DNA from: Neodothiora populina
Taxonomy: Eukaryota
Length of the DNA stretch: 64,000 nt
Direction of reading: 5' to 3'
Assembly (NCBI RefSeq): GCF_041146345.1
Contig: NW_027191419.1
Coordinates: 682,001-746,000, forward strand
In this document: positions 25,978 through 38,502 of the stretch, in pieces
How the letters are laid out: every line of letters starts with the position of its first letter
Numbering within the stretch: position 1 is the first letter of the stretch
The notes under the pieces: model-generated
The model's input: only the letters and a program-made list of their open reading frames with translations
The model's database searches: none
Told to the model about the DNA's origin: nothing
Made by a program: the position numbers and the translations under genes

Positions 25978-26148
25978 CGTGGAGTATGTTATTGTAGCAG
26001 TCGATCACAAGATGCTCCCGTTTCCCCTGGACAGAACAAGGTAAAGGCAAGGCAAGTAGATATTGTGTCTTGGACAAGCTCGACCCCAGATGGACGGAAG
26101 TGCAATACCTACCTCTAAGGTGCCTTAGCTCTGTACAGAAAGTAGAGT

Positions 26149-26168
26149 AATTGCAGGCTTCCCATTGG
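26149..26168 (-). promoter_or_regulatory. Putative CBC:HapX bipartite site (CSAAT-N12-RWT) upstream of SDH4
   Basis: The minus strand reads CCAAT GGGAAGCCTGCA ATT(AC), about 215 nt upstream of the SDH4 ATG. Confidence 0.5.
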
Positions 26169-26551
26169 TCGAGAGGGCAATCGGGACAAATCGCGGCAGT
26201 GACCCGAGGCTTTGCGGGAATCGGGAGTCGGGACTCCTGAGACTGCCGTGACTCAGGCTACCGCAAAACAGTGCTGGCGGTCAAGTCTTGGCGTTGCTGA
26301 CCTTTGCTGGCCTGTCGCTGGTGGAGGTGGAAAGTGGAAGGAGCGATGGACGGGCGACGGCAAGCTCCATCCCGTGCTTTTCTCTCAGTTGCACTTGGTA
26401 GAGGAAGGAACGTCGACGACATATCGCCAGCAACTCCATCTCCGGCGTCTGCAGCCTCTATACCGTCTTCTCTTCCCACACACCTTTCCATCCTCGACAC
26501 TCCGCCCTCCTCTTCTTCTTTCCCTCTTTTTCCTTTCGCAATCAGGCAACC

Positions 26552-28345
26552 ATGTCCGTGGCTTCTCGCAGGCTCGCGCTGAACCTGCAGCAAAGTCTGC
26601 GCAGCCGCGCCGCCATCAACTCGGTCAAGAGCCGCCAATCTCCTCTTCTTCGTGGTCTGGCCACTCCCGTCAGCCATGGAGCCACCACCGAGAGCACCAC
26701 TCTGAGCAATGGATTCACCGTATGTCAAACGATTGGCCCTGCACTCGCAGTCGGCCCCGTACGGATTGCGGCGGAGCTGATGTTTTTTGTTCTTGTGAAC
26801 CACAGATTGCCACCGAGCACTCCCCCTACGCCCAGACCTCGACCGTCGGTGTCTGGATAGACGCCGGTTCTCGCGCAGAGACCGACAAGACCAACGGAAC
26901 CGCACACTTCCTCGAGCACCTTGCCTTCAAGGTATGATTTGCCCGCTCCGAGACCGCGCCACAGAGCAAGAGATGCATGTCCAAGACGGAGACAACAAGA
27001 CACGATGAAGAGCAGAATGCTGAAATACACATTTGATCACAGGGAACCCAGAAGCGCAGTCAGAGCCAGTTGGAGCTCGAGATTGAGAACATGGGCGGTC
27101 ACCTCAACGCCTACACCTCCGTACGTCCATCTCCTTTTTCTTGCATACAACCCAACAACAGGGACCCTGACAAGCAACCCAGCGCGAAAACACCGTCTAC
27201 TACGCCAAGTCGTTCAACTCGGACGTGCCCAACACCGTCGACATCCTCTCCGACATTCTCCAAAACTCCAAGCTCGAGCCTTCAGCCATTGAGCGCGAGC
27301 GTGATGTCATCCTCCGAGAGCAGGAGGAGGTCGACAAGCAGCTCGAGGAGGTTGTCTTCGACCACCTTCACGCCACCGCCTTCATGGACCAGCCTCTCGG
27401 TCGCACCATCCTCGGCCCCAAGGAGAACATCCAGAGCATCCAGCGCGACGACCTGACCAACTACATCAAGACCAACTACACCGCCGACCGCATGGTGCTC
27501 GTTGGTTCCGGTGGTGTCCCCCACTCGCAGCTCGTCGACCTCGCCGAGAAGTACTTTGGCAACGTGCCCATGCAGCCTCCCACCTCGACCGCTCAGGCTC
27601 TCGCCGCCGCCCAGAAGGCCAAGCCCGACTTTGTCGGCTCCGAGGTCAGGATCCGTGACGACACCATCCCCACCGCCAACATCGCCATTGCCGTCGAGGG
27701 TGTCTCGTGGAAGGACGACGACTACTTCACCGCTCTCGTCGCCCAGGCCATCGTCGGCAACTGGGACCGCGCCATGGGCAACGCTCCTTACCTCGGCAGC
27801 AAGCTCAGCACTTTCGTCCACGAGCACAAGCTGGCCAACAGCTTCATGAGCTTCTCGACCTCTTACTCCGACACCGGGTACGTTTCCTTGTTTCTGATAT
27901 CACAACAGCGCAGGAGACGAGAAAGAAACAAGCTAATATGATGAAAATCAACAGTCTCTGGGGTATCTACCTCGTCACCGACAACGTCACCCGCATCGAC
28001 GATCTCGTCCACTTCACCCTGCGCGAGTGGTCGCGTCTGTCGCTCAGCGTCTCGGCCGCCGAGGTCGAGCGTGCCAAGGCCCAGCTCAAGGCCAGCATTC
28101 TCCTGTCGCTCGACGGCACCACCGCCGTCGCCGAGGACATTGGTCGCCAGATCATCACCACCGGCAGAAGATTGGCCCCCGAGGAGGTCGAGCGCGTCGT
28201 CGGCGCCATCACCGACAAGGATGTCATGGACTTTGCCCAGCGAAAACTCTGGGACCGCGACGTTGCCATCTCCGCCGTCGGACAGATCGAGGGTCTCCTC
28301 GACTACGCCAGAATCAGGGGAGACATGAGCAGAAACGTCTCATAG
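26552..28345 (+). CDS. MAS1: Mitochondrial processing peptidase beta subunit (M16 family)
   Basis: [13 protein letters not shown] (inverted zinc motif HxxEH), [19 protein letters not shown] and [13 protein letters not shown]. Four introns and strong codon bias. Confidence 0.95.
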
Positions 28346-28918
28346 ATGATGTCCTGATAACGATATTGATTGTAACGGGGACGAGGGGAATTTGGTGGTA
28401 GTGACAGCAAGAAATGGAAAGAAGGAGCTTTTTTGTTAATTTCCTGCGACTGTACTCGAATAGAGCTCTGCCTTTGGTGGGGAATTCATCACATTACTGG
28501 GATGTAGTCCTTAAAATTGTACATTTAGCATGCACACATGCGACGAGTTTTCCATTTTTTTTTTTGGATGGTGATTGTGAAGCAGCTCAGTCGCTCTAAT
28601 TGATTCCATGCAGCGCAAGATGAATGTGTGGTGTGGTGAAGATGCAAGGTGCGGAATGCGAGCTTCGGCTTCTAGACATGTACACCCCAGACTGACTGCA
28701 CGTCACTCGTCCATATAAAATGACCAAAAACATTGGTATAACGTGGTACCATGAATGACGAAGGGATGTCATAGTATATTTTACCTGGTCCAGATGCAGC
28801 AACAACATGCTCAGCACTGTCGCAATACACTGCGACAAACGTGATAATCCGATGCTGCCTGACCGCGTGATGCCTTAGAAGTGAAGACGCCCGCCCACCT
28901 GATGCTTCAACCGGCGCA

Positions 28919-31200
28919 ATGCTGAAATCAATCTTCTATGCGCGCTTCCATCCAGAGAAGGGTACACAATCTGCATGAAAAAAAAGAGAAGAAATGATTG
29001 ATTCGCGTGTCTGACTCACGCATCGCAGGCTCGACAGTCCTGCATCAGGTCCCAGAAGGGTCGATAATACCCTGTCCGCCTTCCCCGACGGCGCAGACCC
29101 CCCTCTTCGACTACAAATCAGTCGCCGACTACATAATCCCGCGCCGCGAGTTCTGCGATCGTCTGGTGACCATCGTCGCCTCCAAACACCGAGTCATCGG
29201 GTTTCCGGTATGCATCCACGACGACGAGAAGTACTCGCGCAACGACTTCATCTTCAATTTCTGTCTCGTCGTCGACGAGGAGGCTCCCTATGCTGCCTAT
29301 GCCAGCGTCACGAGGAAGCTGGCCAGGCTGTTGAGGAATCTAGAGGAGCAGGGCAGGTTTCTGAGCGACGAAGAGGAGATGGGCGGGTTGGTTCTCGCGG
29401 GTGAAGTGGGTTATGGTGGTGGAAGCAAGGTCTATGCGCTCTGTGAGATGGTTCTTGAGGATCTGAATAATTACTGCGAGTGTATGATTCCTATTGGTGA
29501 GTCTCGTCCATCTCTTGATTGCTATCGCTTTCCATGTAGCTATGCCAGGGACTCCATCTGACCAGTACGGCAAAGACGACTCGAATACCGTCAACCTCAA
29601 GCTGTTTCCCACTCGCGCAGCACCACCTCCAATCCACGGCTGGCACGTTCCCCTGTCTCTCGTGCGCTTCCCTTCGCTCCAGACGACGGCTTGGGATCTC
29701 ACTGTCCAGCGGATAATCCCTCACATCGACGGGATAAACAGTGTCGCGCGTATAGCGACACTGGCAGACACAGACTCGACTTTGACTCGCCGCGCCATTG
29801 CTCATCTGCTGTACTATGGCTGCATCTGTCTGCTCGACATCTTCCAGTTTTCTGCTGTCTATGCGCCTACCGCCGAGATTGCCGTGTTTTTTGCAGATGA
29901 GAACATGCAAGATGAATGTAGACGTTACGTCTTTGCCCCCTTCTCGCCTTTCGGAAAGTCTTCTGCCGCTACGTCGACACCTGCTGCGGCTGCTGCTGAT
30001 GCTCCACCTCTTCAACCGCAAAACGATGGTGTCTACCAACCGGGTCAATCCATGGCTACTGTGAGAGGCGGTTCTCGACTGAACCCTGCTCACATCTTCA
30101 ACACGGGCACTCCTATTGCAACCACGACAACACAACCGCCTACAGAGGAAAAGCAGGACGCCGTGGACCAGACTCCGTCGCTTCCCTGTCGATCACAAAT
30201 CATCTCTCTCTACGCCTCTCTTCGCCCCGGGTTGCCACTACGAGAATGGTGCATCGCCCACTCATCATCTCTTTCCAACATTGACATTCGTCGCTTCATC
30301 ACTTTCGGCAAGATCAAAGGATTCCTCTACCGCAGCCACAAATACCCCATCGCACTGCGACCCAACGTTTCTTCTTCACCACTGTCCTCCTCATCTCTAG
30401 ACCTCAACAACCGACTGCCCAAACATTCCGGCGTCAACTCAACAACCATAGCAGCAACGGCGCAACAGCAGGGCATCAGCGAGCAAGAAGCAGCAGCAGC
30501 GCAAATGACACTACTGAACCAACCGCCCGGAGGCGAGACGGTAGGCCAAGCCCGCCGCCGCAACGAAAAGGCCTGGCGCAAAGCAGCCATGAGCTCAGGC
30601 TGGCAGACGCCGAAAGGCGAAGAAGACGAGAAAGAGAATCCGTTCCCCAACATCGACCAACCGTCTTTCTCCACAGGCGGCACCAATACTCCTAACAACA
30701 ATAACAACAACAACAACAACAACAGAGGCTCCTCGAAGCCCCCCTCGGTAGCCCTCGCATCCGCCGCGACTTCAGTAACCGCCGACCAACCCGTCTTCAC
30801 ATCCCAAAGAGGCATGACCAGACCCAGCGGAGAAGAAGACAGCCCCGGCGACCCCAGCCCCATGAACAACAACAACAACAACGGAACCAACGGCCTCGGC
30901 GGCATGAACGCAGCCCTCGACCCCGCCATCGTGCGCTACCTCGACGGCCTGCACTGCATGGACGAGATCTGCACCGATCTGCATCTCAGCGAGCGAGACG
31001 TCATCCGGAAGCTCAAGCCTGATCCTTCTTCTATTTCTGGTGCAGCTTCTGGTGCGCCGTCGTTGTCCGGGAGTAGATTACTTGACGCCGCCGCCGCCGC
31101 CGCCGCCGCTGCCGGGGGAGGGGCTGGACGTGCAGCTGCGGTCAATGGAGGTAACGCTAGTACTACGACGCCGCGAGACGTCGTGTTCATCTACCGATAG
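28919..31200 (+). CDS. NPR2: Nitrogen permease regulator 2 (GATOR1/SEACIT subunit)
   Basis: MLKSIFYARFHPEKG, HQVPEG, KYSRNDFIFNF, LEDLNNYCECMIPI, WDLTVQRIIPHIDG, DIRRFITFG and LDGLHCMDEICT. Two introns. Confidence 0.93.
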
Positions 31201-31560
31201 TCAGTTGCTCATAGAGAGAGAAAACAATCGTGTGAACCTCATGTCTCTCTGTCTGTCTGTCCTGCTGAACAAGGCTTTGGTCACGAATCGGTGATCCGCT
31301 CTACTATCACCTTTTGCCACTCCACTCCCCCGTGGCCCTGTGACATTGTAGGCCCCTGTGACATTGAATGTATATCAAGACTCAGCCAAAATGCAGTCAG
31401 TCAGTCATGGGCTTTGCAGAGGTTTCAGGCGCGCTGGTTTGGTGAAGAACTATCTTCTTGATATTACCTTTTTTTTATCTGAGTGGAGTTGCATCGTAAA
31501 ATCAAGCGCGAGCATACATACTGTACCGCAAAAACATGCAGGGGAGGAATTCTTACAGTC

Positions 31561-31833
31561 CAAAGAGAGAGGGGGAAAAAAAGGGGGGTAGAAGAAGAAG
31601 AAGAAGCAGAAGTAGAAGAAGAAGCAGAAGTAGAAGAAGCAGGAAAAGCAGAAGAAGCAAAAGAAGTAGAGTAAAAAGCAGAAGAACAAGCAGAAACACA
31701 AGCAGAAGAAACACAAGCAAAAGAAGAAGCAGAAGATGCAAAAGAAGAGCAAAGCAAAGCAAAGACAAAAGCAGAAGCAGAAAAAGGAAAATGCAAGCAA
31801 AAAGCAAGCAAGAAGAGAAGAAAAGAAAGAAAG
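31561..31833. repeat. Purine-rich (GAA/GCA/AAA) low-complexity tract between convergent genes
   Basis: About 270 nt that are nearly free of T on the + strand, built from degenerate GAAGAAGCAGAA units. Confidence 0.85.
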
Positions 31834-31878
31834 CCATCCTCCATCCTCCATCCCCCTCATCCACGCAACCCAAACCCC

Positions 31879-34306
31879 CTACTTTCCCCCAGCAGCCCTC
31901 CCACGACCCCGACCATGCTTGTCGGTGACCAGGACCTGCGCACGAACAATCGTGTGGCCCGTCATGACATGCACAAAATTCTTCTGCAGGACCCAGGGGG
32001 TCACGGCCAGTCTGACCATGTGAGTCAGGGAGGAGACTGCGCCTTCTTCTTCGCCCTCGTCGTTGTGAGTGGAGGAGGAAGAGGAGGAGGCGGTGGCCTG
32101 CTCTTCCTCGTCTTCGTCTTCGCCTAGCTCTTTCTCTTTCTCTGCCTCTTGGGCGACGGCCCAGGCTGCAGGGGAGGCGGGGCCGGCGGCGGCAGCGACA
32201 GGGGAAGTCGCGGCGGTAGAGGGGGCATTGGCGGCAGTAGCAGCAGTAGCAGCGCCAGCGCCAGCGAGAACATCCTCGACATTGCCCACGACCATTCTCT
32301 CGACGTCGTAGCGGTCGCCATGGAGATAGAACGACATATGGTATTCGTGCAGGTCAGTAGCCATACGAACGGCGATGCGAAAGGCCGCGTCGACGATGTC
32401 AGATAGCGCCATTGACGCCGTGTCTTTCTGCTCCTTGGGCATGAGAAGACTGATCCTAGAGACGATCTTGTGAGTCAGACGAGCTACTTCACTGGCCTCA
32501 AAACGCCAGAACGACGACTGCGGCTCCGTCATCTTCTCGGCGAGCGCTACGCGCTGCTTCACGATTTCGAAACGGCCGTGGGAGTCGCGCGGCACCTCGT
32601 GCCGGTAGTCCCAGTATTCGGCGCACTTGTCCTTGTACTGCGCACTGAGCTTGCTCTTGAAGCCGTCGAAGATGTTGGACTCAAGGATTTCACTAACTAG
32701 AGTTCGATTGATCATGCTCATCACAAGAAAGTCACGCAGCGGCGTTTCTATGTATTCGCGAGCGCTCCAGCCGCGGCCGGCGAACTCCTGACATGCCCGT
32801 GTGTACTGGACTATGTTCACCCCGCCGTGTGTCACACCCGATGCAGGCACTGTAGTGTATGCCTTTGCCCATTCTTCCACCCTGCCAAAGAGGTCGTCCA
32901 ACACTTGCCCCATCATGTTGTTGTCGTCAACGGAACGTTCAGACCTGTGAGTAGCAGGCATTAGCGGACGTTCAGGGTCTTTGGCAGCAGAAGAGGGACG
33001 AACCGGGGTGTGTGGAGACTTTGGCTGAGGGCCTTCTGGGCTAGCAATGGCACTGTTTAAGGGAGTGCGTGACTGCATGTGGCCAGAGTGAACTTCAGAA
33101 GTATTGGCATATGGTGGAGGACCACCGAAGCCAACAGCAGGTGCCTGCATAGATGGGGTGTCACCAGGGCCATAAGAAGCAGGAGGAGCCTGCATGGGGT
33201 AGGCGACAGCAATGCTAGCTTTTTTGAGGGCTGCCTGCATAGCGGGCATGGGAGTAACGAGCTCGAGGAGCTGAGCGATACGCTGCTGAATGTCCCAAGT
33301 GATGTTGTGCAACTTCAGCTGTTCGAGCTCAAGCAGGCGCTGCTTCTCCAACATGGCGTGGACTTCGGCCTCGGTGACGCCTTTGTTCATGTTGCTCACA
33401 AATCCCTGGACGCTCTGCAGCTGCTCGGCCTGGCTCTGGATGAGACCGCGGAGTTCGTGGAGCTGTTTCTCCTCATTGTGGAAACGGCTCTGGAGAACAT
33501 CAAGGTGGGCATCATGACCCTCAGCGGTTTTGCTGAGCTCGTCAAGACGGCTGGTATGACCATTGACATTGGCGTCCTGACCCTGAGCATGTTTGCTGAG
33601 ATCATCAACATTGTTGGCAAGACCGTTGACGGTGTGGTTCATGTTCTGGATGAAGTTTCCCTGAATATAGGTTTGAGCCTGAGTGGTAGCTTGAGTAGTG
33701 CAGACATTTTCATCGTATTCACGAAGGTAGTTGTCGAGAGTGGCGACCCTGTTACCCATCAACTGGAGGCGCTGATCGTGCTCGTGGAGCTGAGCATCAT
33801 GACGTTCTGTCCAAGTCTTGGTGACTTTGGCATCGTTGCTCTGTGCAGAGATCTGGCTGTTGATCTTTTCGATCTCAGCAGCGAGTCCAGCTGAGACGCC
33901 ATTCAGAGCGTTATCGTGAGTCTTCAGGTGAGTACTCTGGTACTTCAACTTCGCCTCCAGGTTCCAGATACCCTGCTGGATGTGGTCAAGCTGAGTCTTG
34001 AGGTCGCTTATGCTGTAATGAGCGGTATCGTAGGAAGTGGTGCTAGAATCTTTGATGAGAAGAGGCTTAGTCAAGGTGCGAGGGGTGTTCATCCAGCCAC
34101 TCGCCTGCTGTCCGTGAGAAGCCTTGACACTATCAGTGAGGGTGAAGAATGGACTGTCAGTAAAGGCATTTCCCAGGCTCTCGGAATTCATGGCAGGTTT
34201 GCCAAATGCAGAAACATAAGATGTGGTGGAATCTGGAGTTTCTTTGTATGGCACGAGCTGGTTGCCGGTGCTGGGAGCAGAAGGCGCAGTCATTGGAGTG
34301 GACTGG

Positions 34307-34359
<53 letters not shown>

Positions 34360-34947
34360 GTTTGCTTCACCAGCCGGCTCAGCGCGGCTGCTACCCATGA
34401 TTGTAGCGGGCATCATCTGATGCACAAATTAGTAAGATGCTTGAGTGCAACGTTTGAGCGGAGTACTTACGCGGTTACCAGACCAATTGAACGGCATAGG
34501 CTGGCGGTGGTTACCACCATGACCAGGGCGAGGTGGTGGGAAGGCGTGGTTTAGGAGCTGAGCAGAATGGCCGCCATTGCCAGACAGAGGAGCTTGCGAG
34601 TCACCAGTAGTGGCTGGAGCGCTGACAGCGGCGGATGACTGGTACAAGTTGTGGCCAGCCATCTGGTTCTTGAAAGTTGGAGGAGGCATCTGAGGATAGA
34701 TTTTAGGGTAGAGGGTGTAACGGCCGAAACGTATCTCCGATGGCTGTTTGACGGTTGGTTCTTCGACTGTTGGGTCGTTGATGGTGGCGGAGTTGTTGAA
34801 GTCTGGAAGTTTGAGTGGAAACCTGAAAAAAATTGGCTCTTCGTCAACTGGCTCCTCGTCGACTGGCTCTTCGACGGCGACTGGCTCTTCGACGACGGCT
34901 GGCTGCTCGACGACGACTGGCTCTTCCGCGACCGGCCAACCTTCCAA
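31879..34947 (-). CDS. Large hypothetical protein with polyQ tract and central coiled-coil; 5' end uncertain
   Basis: The 848-aa ORF 31879-34425 joins in phase, via a GTAAGT...CAG intron (~34417-34470), to upstream ORF 34429-34947. It has a heptad-rich region and no domain I recognise. Confidence 0.72.
34308..34357. repeat. (CAG)n coding microsatellite (polyQ)
   Basis: About 16 CTG units on the + strand, encoding a Q run on the - strand. Confidence 0.95.
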
Positions 34948-37900
34948 GGAAGGAGGAGTGTTGATGTCAAGCGATGTAGAGCTTTCGGACGAGCTGTCTC
35001 TGTAGCAGGTATGGTCAGTAATCGTACACAGTGATTACTTATGAAAGCTACGAACGAAAGCATGTAAGCAGGCACCGGCTCTTGCTTCCTAGTCACGAAA
35101 ATCAGGCGTGGAACCCTCATGTTGACGGGAGGATGGAAGCACAGGCTTCGAACGGTGGAGGGGGAAAAAGGGAGAAGGATGGAATCACAAGTCTTCGACG
35201 ATGGATGGAGGTGGGAAAGGTAGAAGGATGGAAGCACAAGTCTTCCGAGGGTGGAGAAGAAGGAAGAAGAACGAGAGAAAAGCCGAATGAAAAGTGCCTT
35301 ACTTATAGGCTGCCTTCAAGTGAAGCTACACGTTAGGCAGATGGCAAATTCGCGAGGGGCGTGTTACCCTGCGGCAGACGCAAGTCAGTCTCGGCGCCGA
35401 GGACAATCTGAGGTGTTTTGTGCATGCTAGTAGACCCGGGTAGGGGTATGTAGGAAAAGATCAAAAGTGACGGGACAGGAGGTGAAAATGAGAGTGACAT
35501 GTCACTTCCAACACCCAACGCTTGCGTCCGATGCAGAACAGATGCGAAAGGCGGTATGGTGAAGTGCAATAGTCTCAAAGGACAGCAAGAAACAACAAAG
35601 TTGATGACTTACCTTTGTGGTGGTCTTGAAATCCAAAGCCAGACACTGCAAGCTTTGGTACGATTCTGGGAGAAAAGATGTCAGCATGAGCGGAACGCCA
35701 TGGATTCAGAGGTGTCCACTGTGAAAGATGACATCGCAATAGTGAGAGGGTAAAAATGTCAGAAGGCACACGAGTAGTAGACGGAAGAATCAGCGAGACA
35801 AAAAGCATCTGTCGCATGCCGGTCATGATACACCAGGGAAGAGGAAAATCAACACCCAGTGTCAGCCATGACGATGACAAGCAGGCCTGCCAGGAGCTGG
35901 TATACAATCCACGAGCATGCTGTAAGATGATGGATCATCTCACAACAGACAAGTTGAAAGGTCACCCAAAACAACAAGATCAAATGGAGAATGACTTACC
36001 AAGGACGCCAAAGGCAAAGAGGGTCTCCAACAGGAAAAGATATTGAGGAGTGTAGAGAAAAGCAAAAGCAGACCAAGGTTTGCAAAGAAACGCTGATCGA
36101 CTTGTTGTTTTGAAAAGGAGAAAGAGAAAGGTCTGAGATGTGTAAGGTGAATCAAAACAAGTTCACCTCTTCCTGGACGGGGCTCTTCTACCAGCCTCCT
36201 GCTACACCCTACCCTATACCCTAATTCGGATAGCTGACCGAATCCTCACTCCCGAGTGCAGCTTGGTGGCAGATGACAAGGCGCTTTGGCCACTCAGGTG
36301 TCTATGGAAAGGGAGCTCGGGCAGTGAAGTGGTTGCCTCGCGAGTTCGAGCTGTTTGCTGCAGGTATGGTGTCGAGAGTAACGTCTCAGAACACTTGAAA
36401 AGGGTCTTGATAATGGCAGTGATGACGTCAAGGAAATCAGAGACCTACTTTTGGTGTCTACAGGCGCTAAGTGTTTGAGAGGATATGTCGAACCAAAAGA
36501 TCTTCCATGATCAGGGATACATGTGCTCAGGGCTGGCGAGATTGGTTATACGAAATGTATACCGAAATATCTTTCAAGCGCATTACTGAAGCATCTGGTC
36601 CTTTTACGCCTTTTGAGGGTATGTCGTGCCGGATGATCCTAGTTGCCAATGGACATAGGCACTTGGAATTGACAAGGCCGTGTATATGCGGCGTATGACA
36701 GGAGCTGCGAGTGGGCGTATACTGGAATACAGTATCATCTCTGGAATTGTAGTCCAGAGGCAGATGAACTAGCTGGGTAAGGTGCTGTTGACTTTCATGG
36801 GAGTTGATAGTGATAGAACCTGCAGCTTTTCTTGACCATTGGAGATCTTCCTCCGAGGCATCGCGTTCGAGGACTCCATCAGACTCTGGAGCCTAGGACC
36901 GTCTACAAGCATAGTACAATGTACCGTCCTCTTTTTCGCCTTCATGCCAAACCACTCTCGTCTCCATTCAACATGAAGAATGTGTGGTTCTCTTCCAGGC
37001 ATGTGCCACATGGGCATTCCGGAACCTGGCAAATAGTCCTGACCCAAGTGGTCTCGGTCTCGCCGCATGCTTGGCCGACGTTAGCTCAGTCGAAGACATG
37101 AATCCACGCAAAGGATGCAGGAAGGGACGCTGCAATCCGAACGGCTGATGCAAATGAGGTGTTGTTCCAGAAGCCACAAAGGCATGCTTGATGAAGAGGA
37201 GGTGAATACAAGAACGCTCAGGCACTACCGTTCGGCTATCGAACACGGTGTTTCCTTGCTGCCATACTCGGTAGTCATCCTCGAGGATCCCATATGTCCG
37301 CAGTCAGGGGAATCTTTGTGGATTGGCCAGGGTCAAGATACGAGTGAGTATGGACATCCAGCAGTCATGGCAGCTGCTGTTTTGTCCTGATCCAGATTTC
37401 GAGTCGGTAGGATAGCGCTGTCACCTGACATGAATAGAACAATACTATGATATATTCTTGATGCCAATACAAAATATGATCATGACTCCAGATCGTGAAC
37501 AGATGCCTACAGAAGGAAAGGAACGGGACAAATAAGAGACACAGGCATATGAAATACTAATCAAGATATGATGTTTAACCCATCTAATAAAATCATCGTT
37601 GTCTTTCAAGCACGTTCATCATGCCTTCACATGGTTGGGTAGAAGTGAGTAGGAAATGGACGATATCCTGTCAGAAATTCAGGACTTGACGTTCAGCTCA
37701 GCACGGGAGCCGGCTTGAAGAAGCGAAGCTTGGCTGACATCAACCAGTAGGAATCTCAGATACTGCAGGCACGAGCCGTAGCATTGTCCGCAAAATAATG
37801 CTGCATACCGGAGGAATGTGATTTGATGAAGATCAAGGATGGTAAGCAATATGAGCGAGCAGATGAATGATGCGAGAGTATATTACCAAGGAGAAGAATG

Positions 37901-38502
37901 AATGTTCGAGTCCGGAGTAAAGCAAGAGCACGCCATGCACGGACCGTCATAGAGACAGGGTTGCCCTCTAAACTACCGCAATGTTGCACCATAAAGCTTG
38001 TACCATACTAGTATGGCATACAAGCAACTGAACAAGATATGCACGTGGTACAAGGCCAAGTTGGATATCAATAGAATCATGTCATGGCCGATCCAACGGG
38101 AGGGAACGGATCGTCGCACGATTGGGATTTGTCGGACGAATAAAATCAATCGCGGCTTATATATAAGCAACGCGGCTTGATAATAAAGGTCGTACGATCT
38201 ACTCCTTCCAATATACCCAAGAAGATTTCACAAGAGATTCGATGCCAATTCAATGCAAGAGCAAAACACCTTCGTCAATTGTGACGAGTTCTAGGTTCGA
38301 GTATCAGTCATCACCTGAGTGCACTACGGCGGAAGCTTTACGGCGAGCAATATATAGAGATGTGAAAGTCGAGTTTCAAATGCATTGATGTATGAAGTCT
38401 GGCATAAGTAGCCTAGTATGATAGCCAAGTTGACAAAAGGTCAAAAGTGAAGACTTTGACCGTGCACTAGTCTTCCCCTTTCCATGCTATAAGCGAGACA
38501 GC

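Noticed and set aside
31450..31928. ORFs rich in F/C/L, S/A or R/K
   Set aside because: Artefacts of the purine-rich repeat; the E/A/K frame is broken by a stop.
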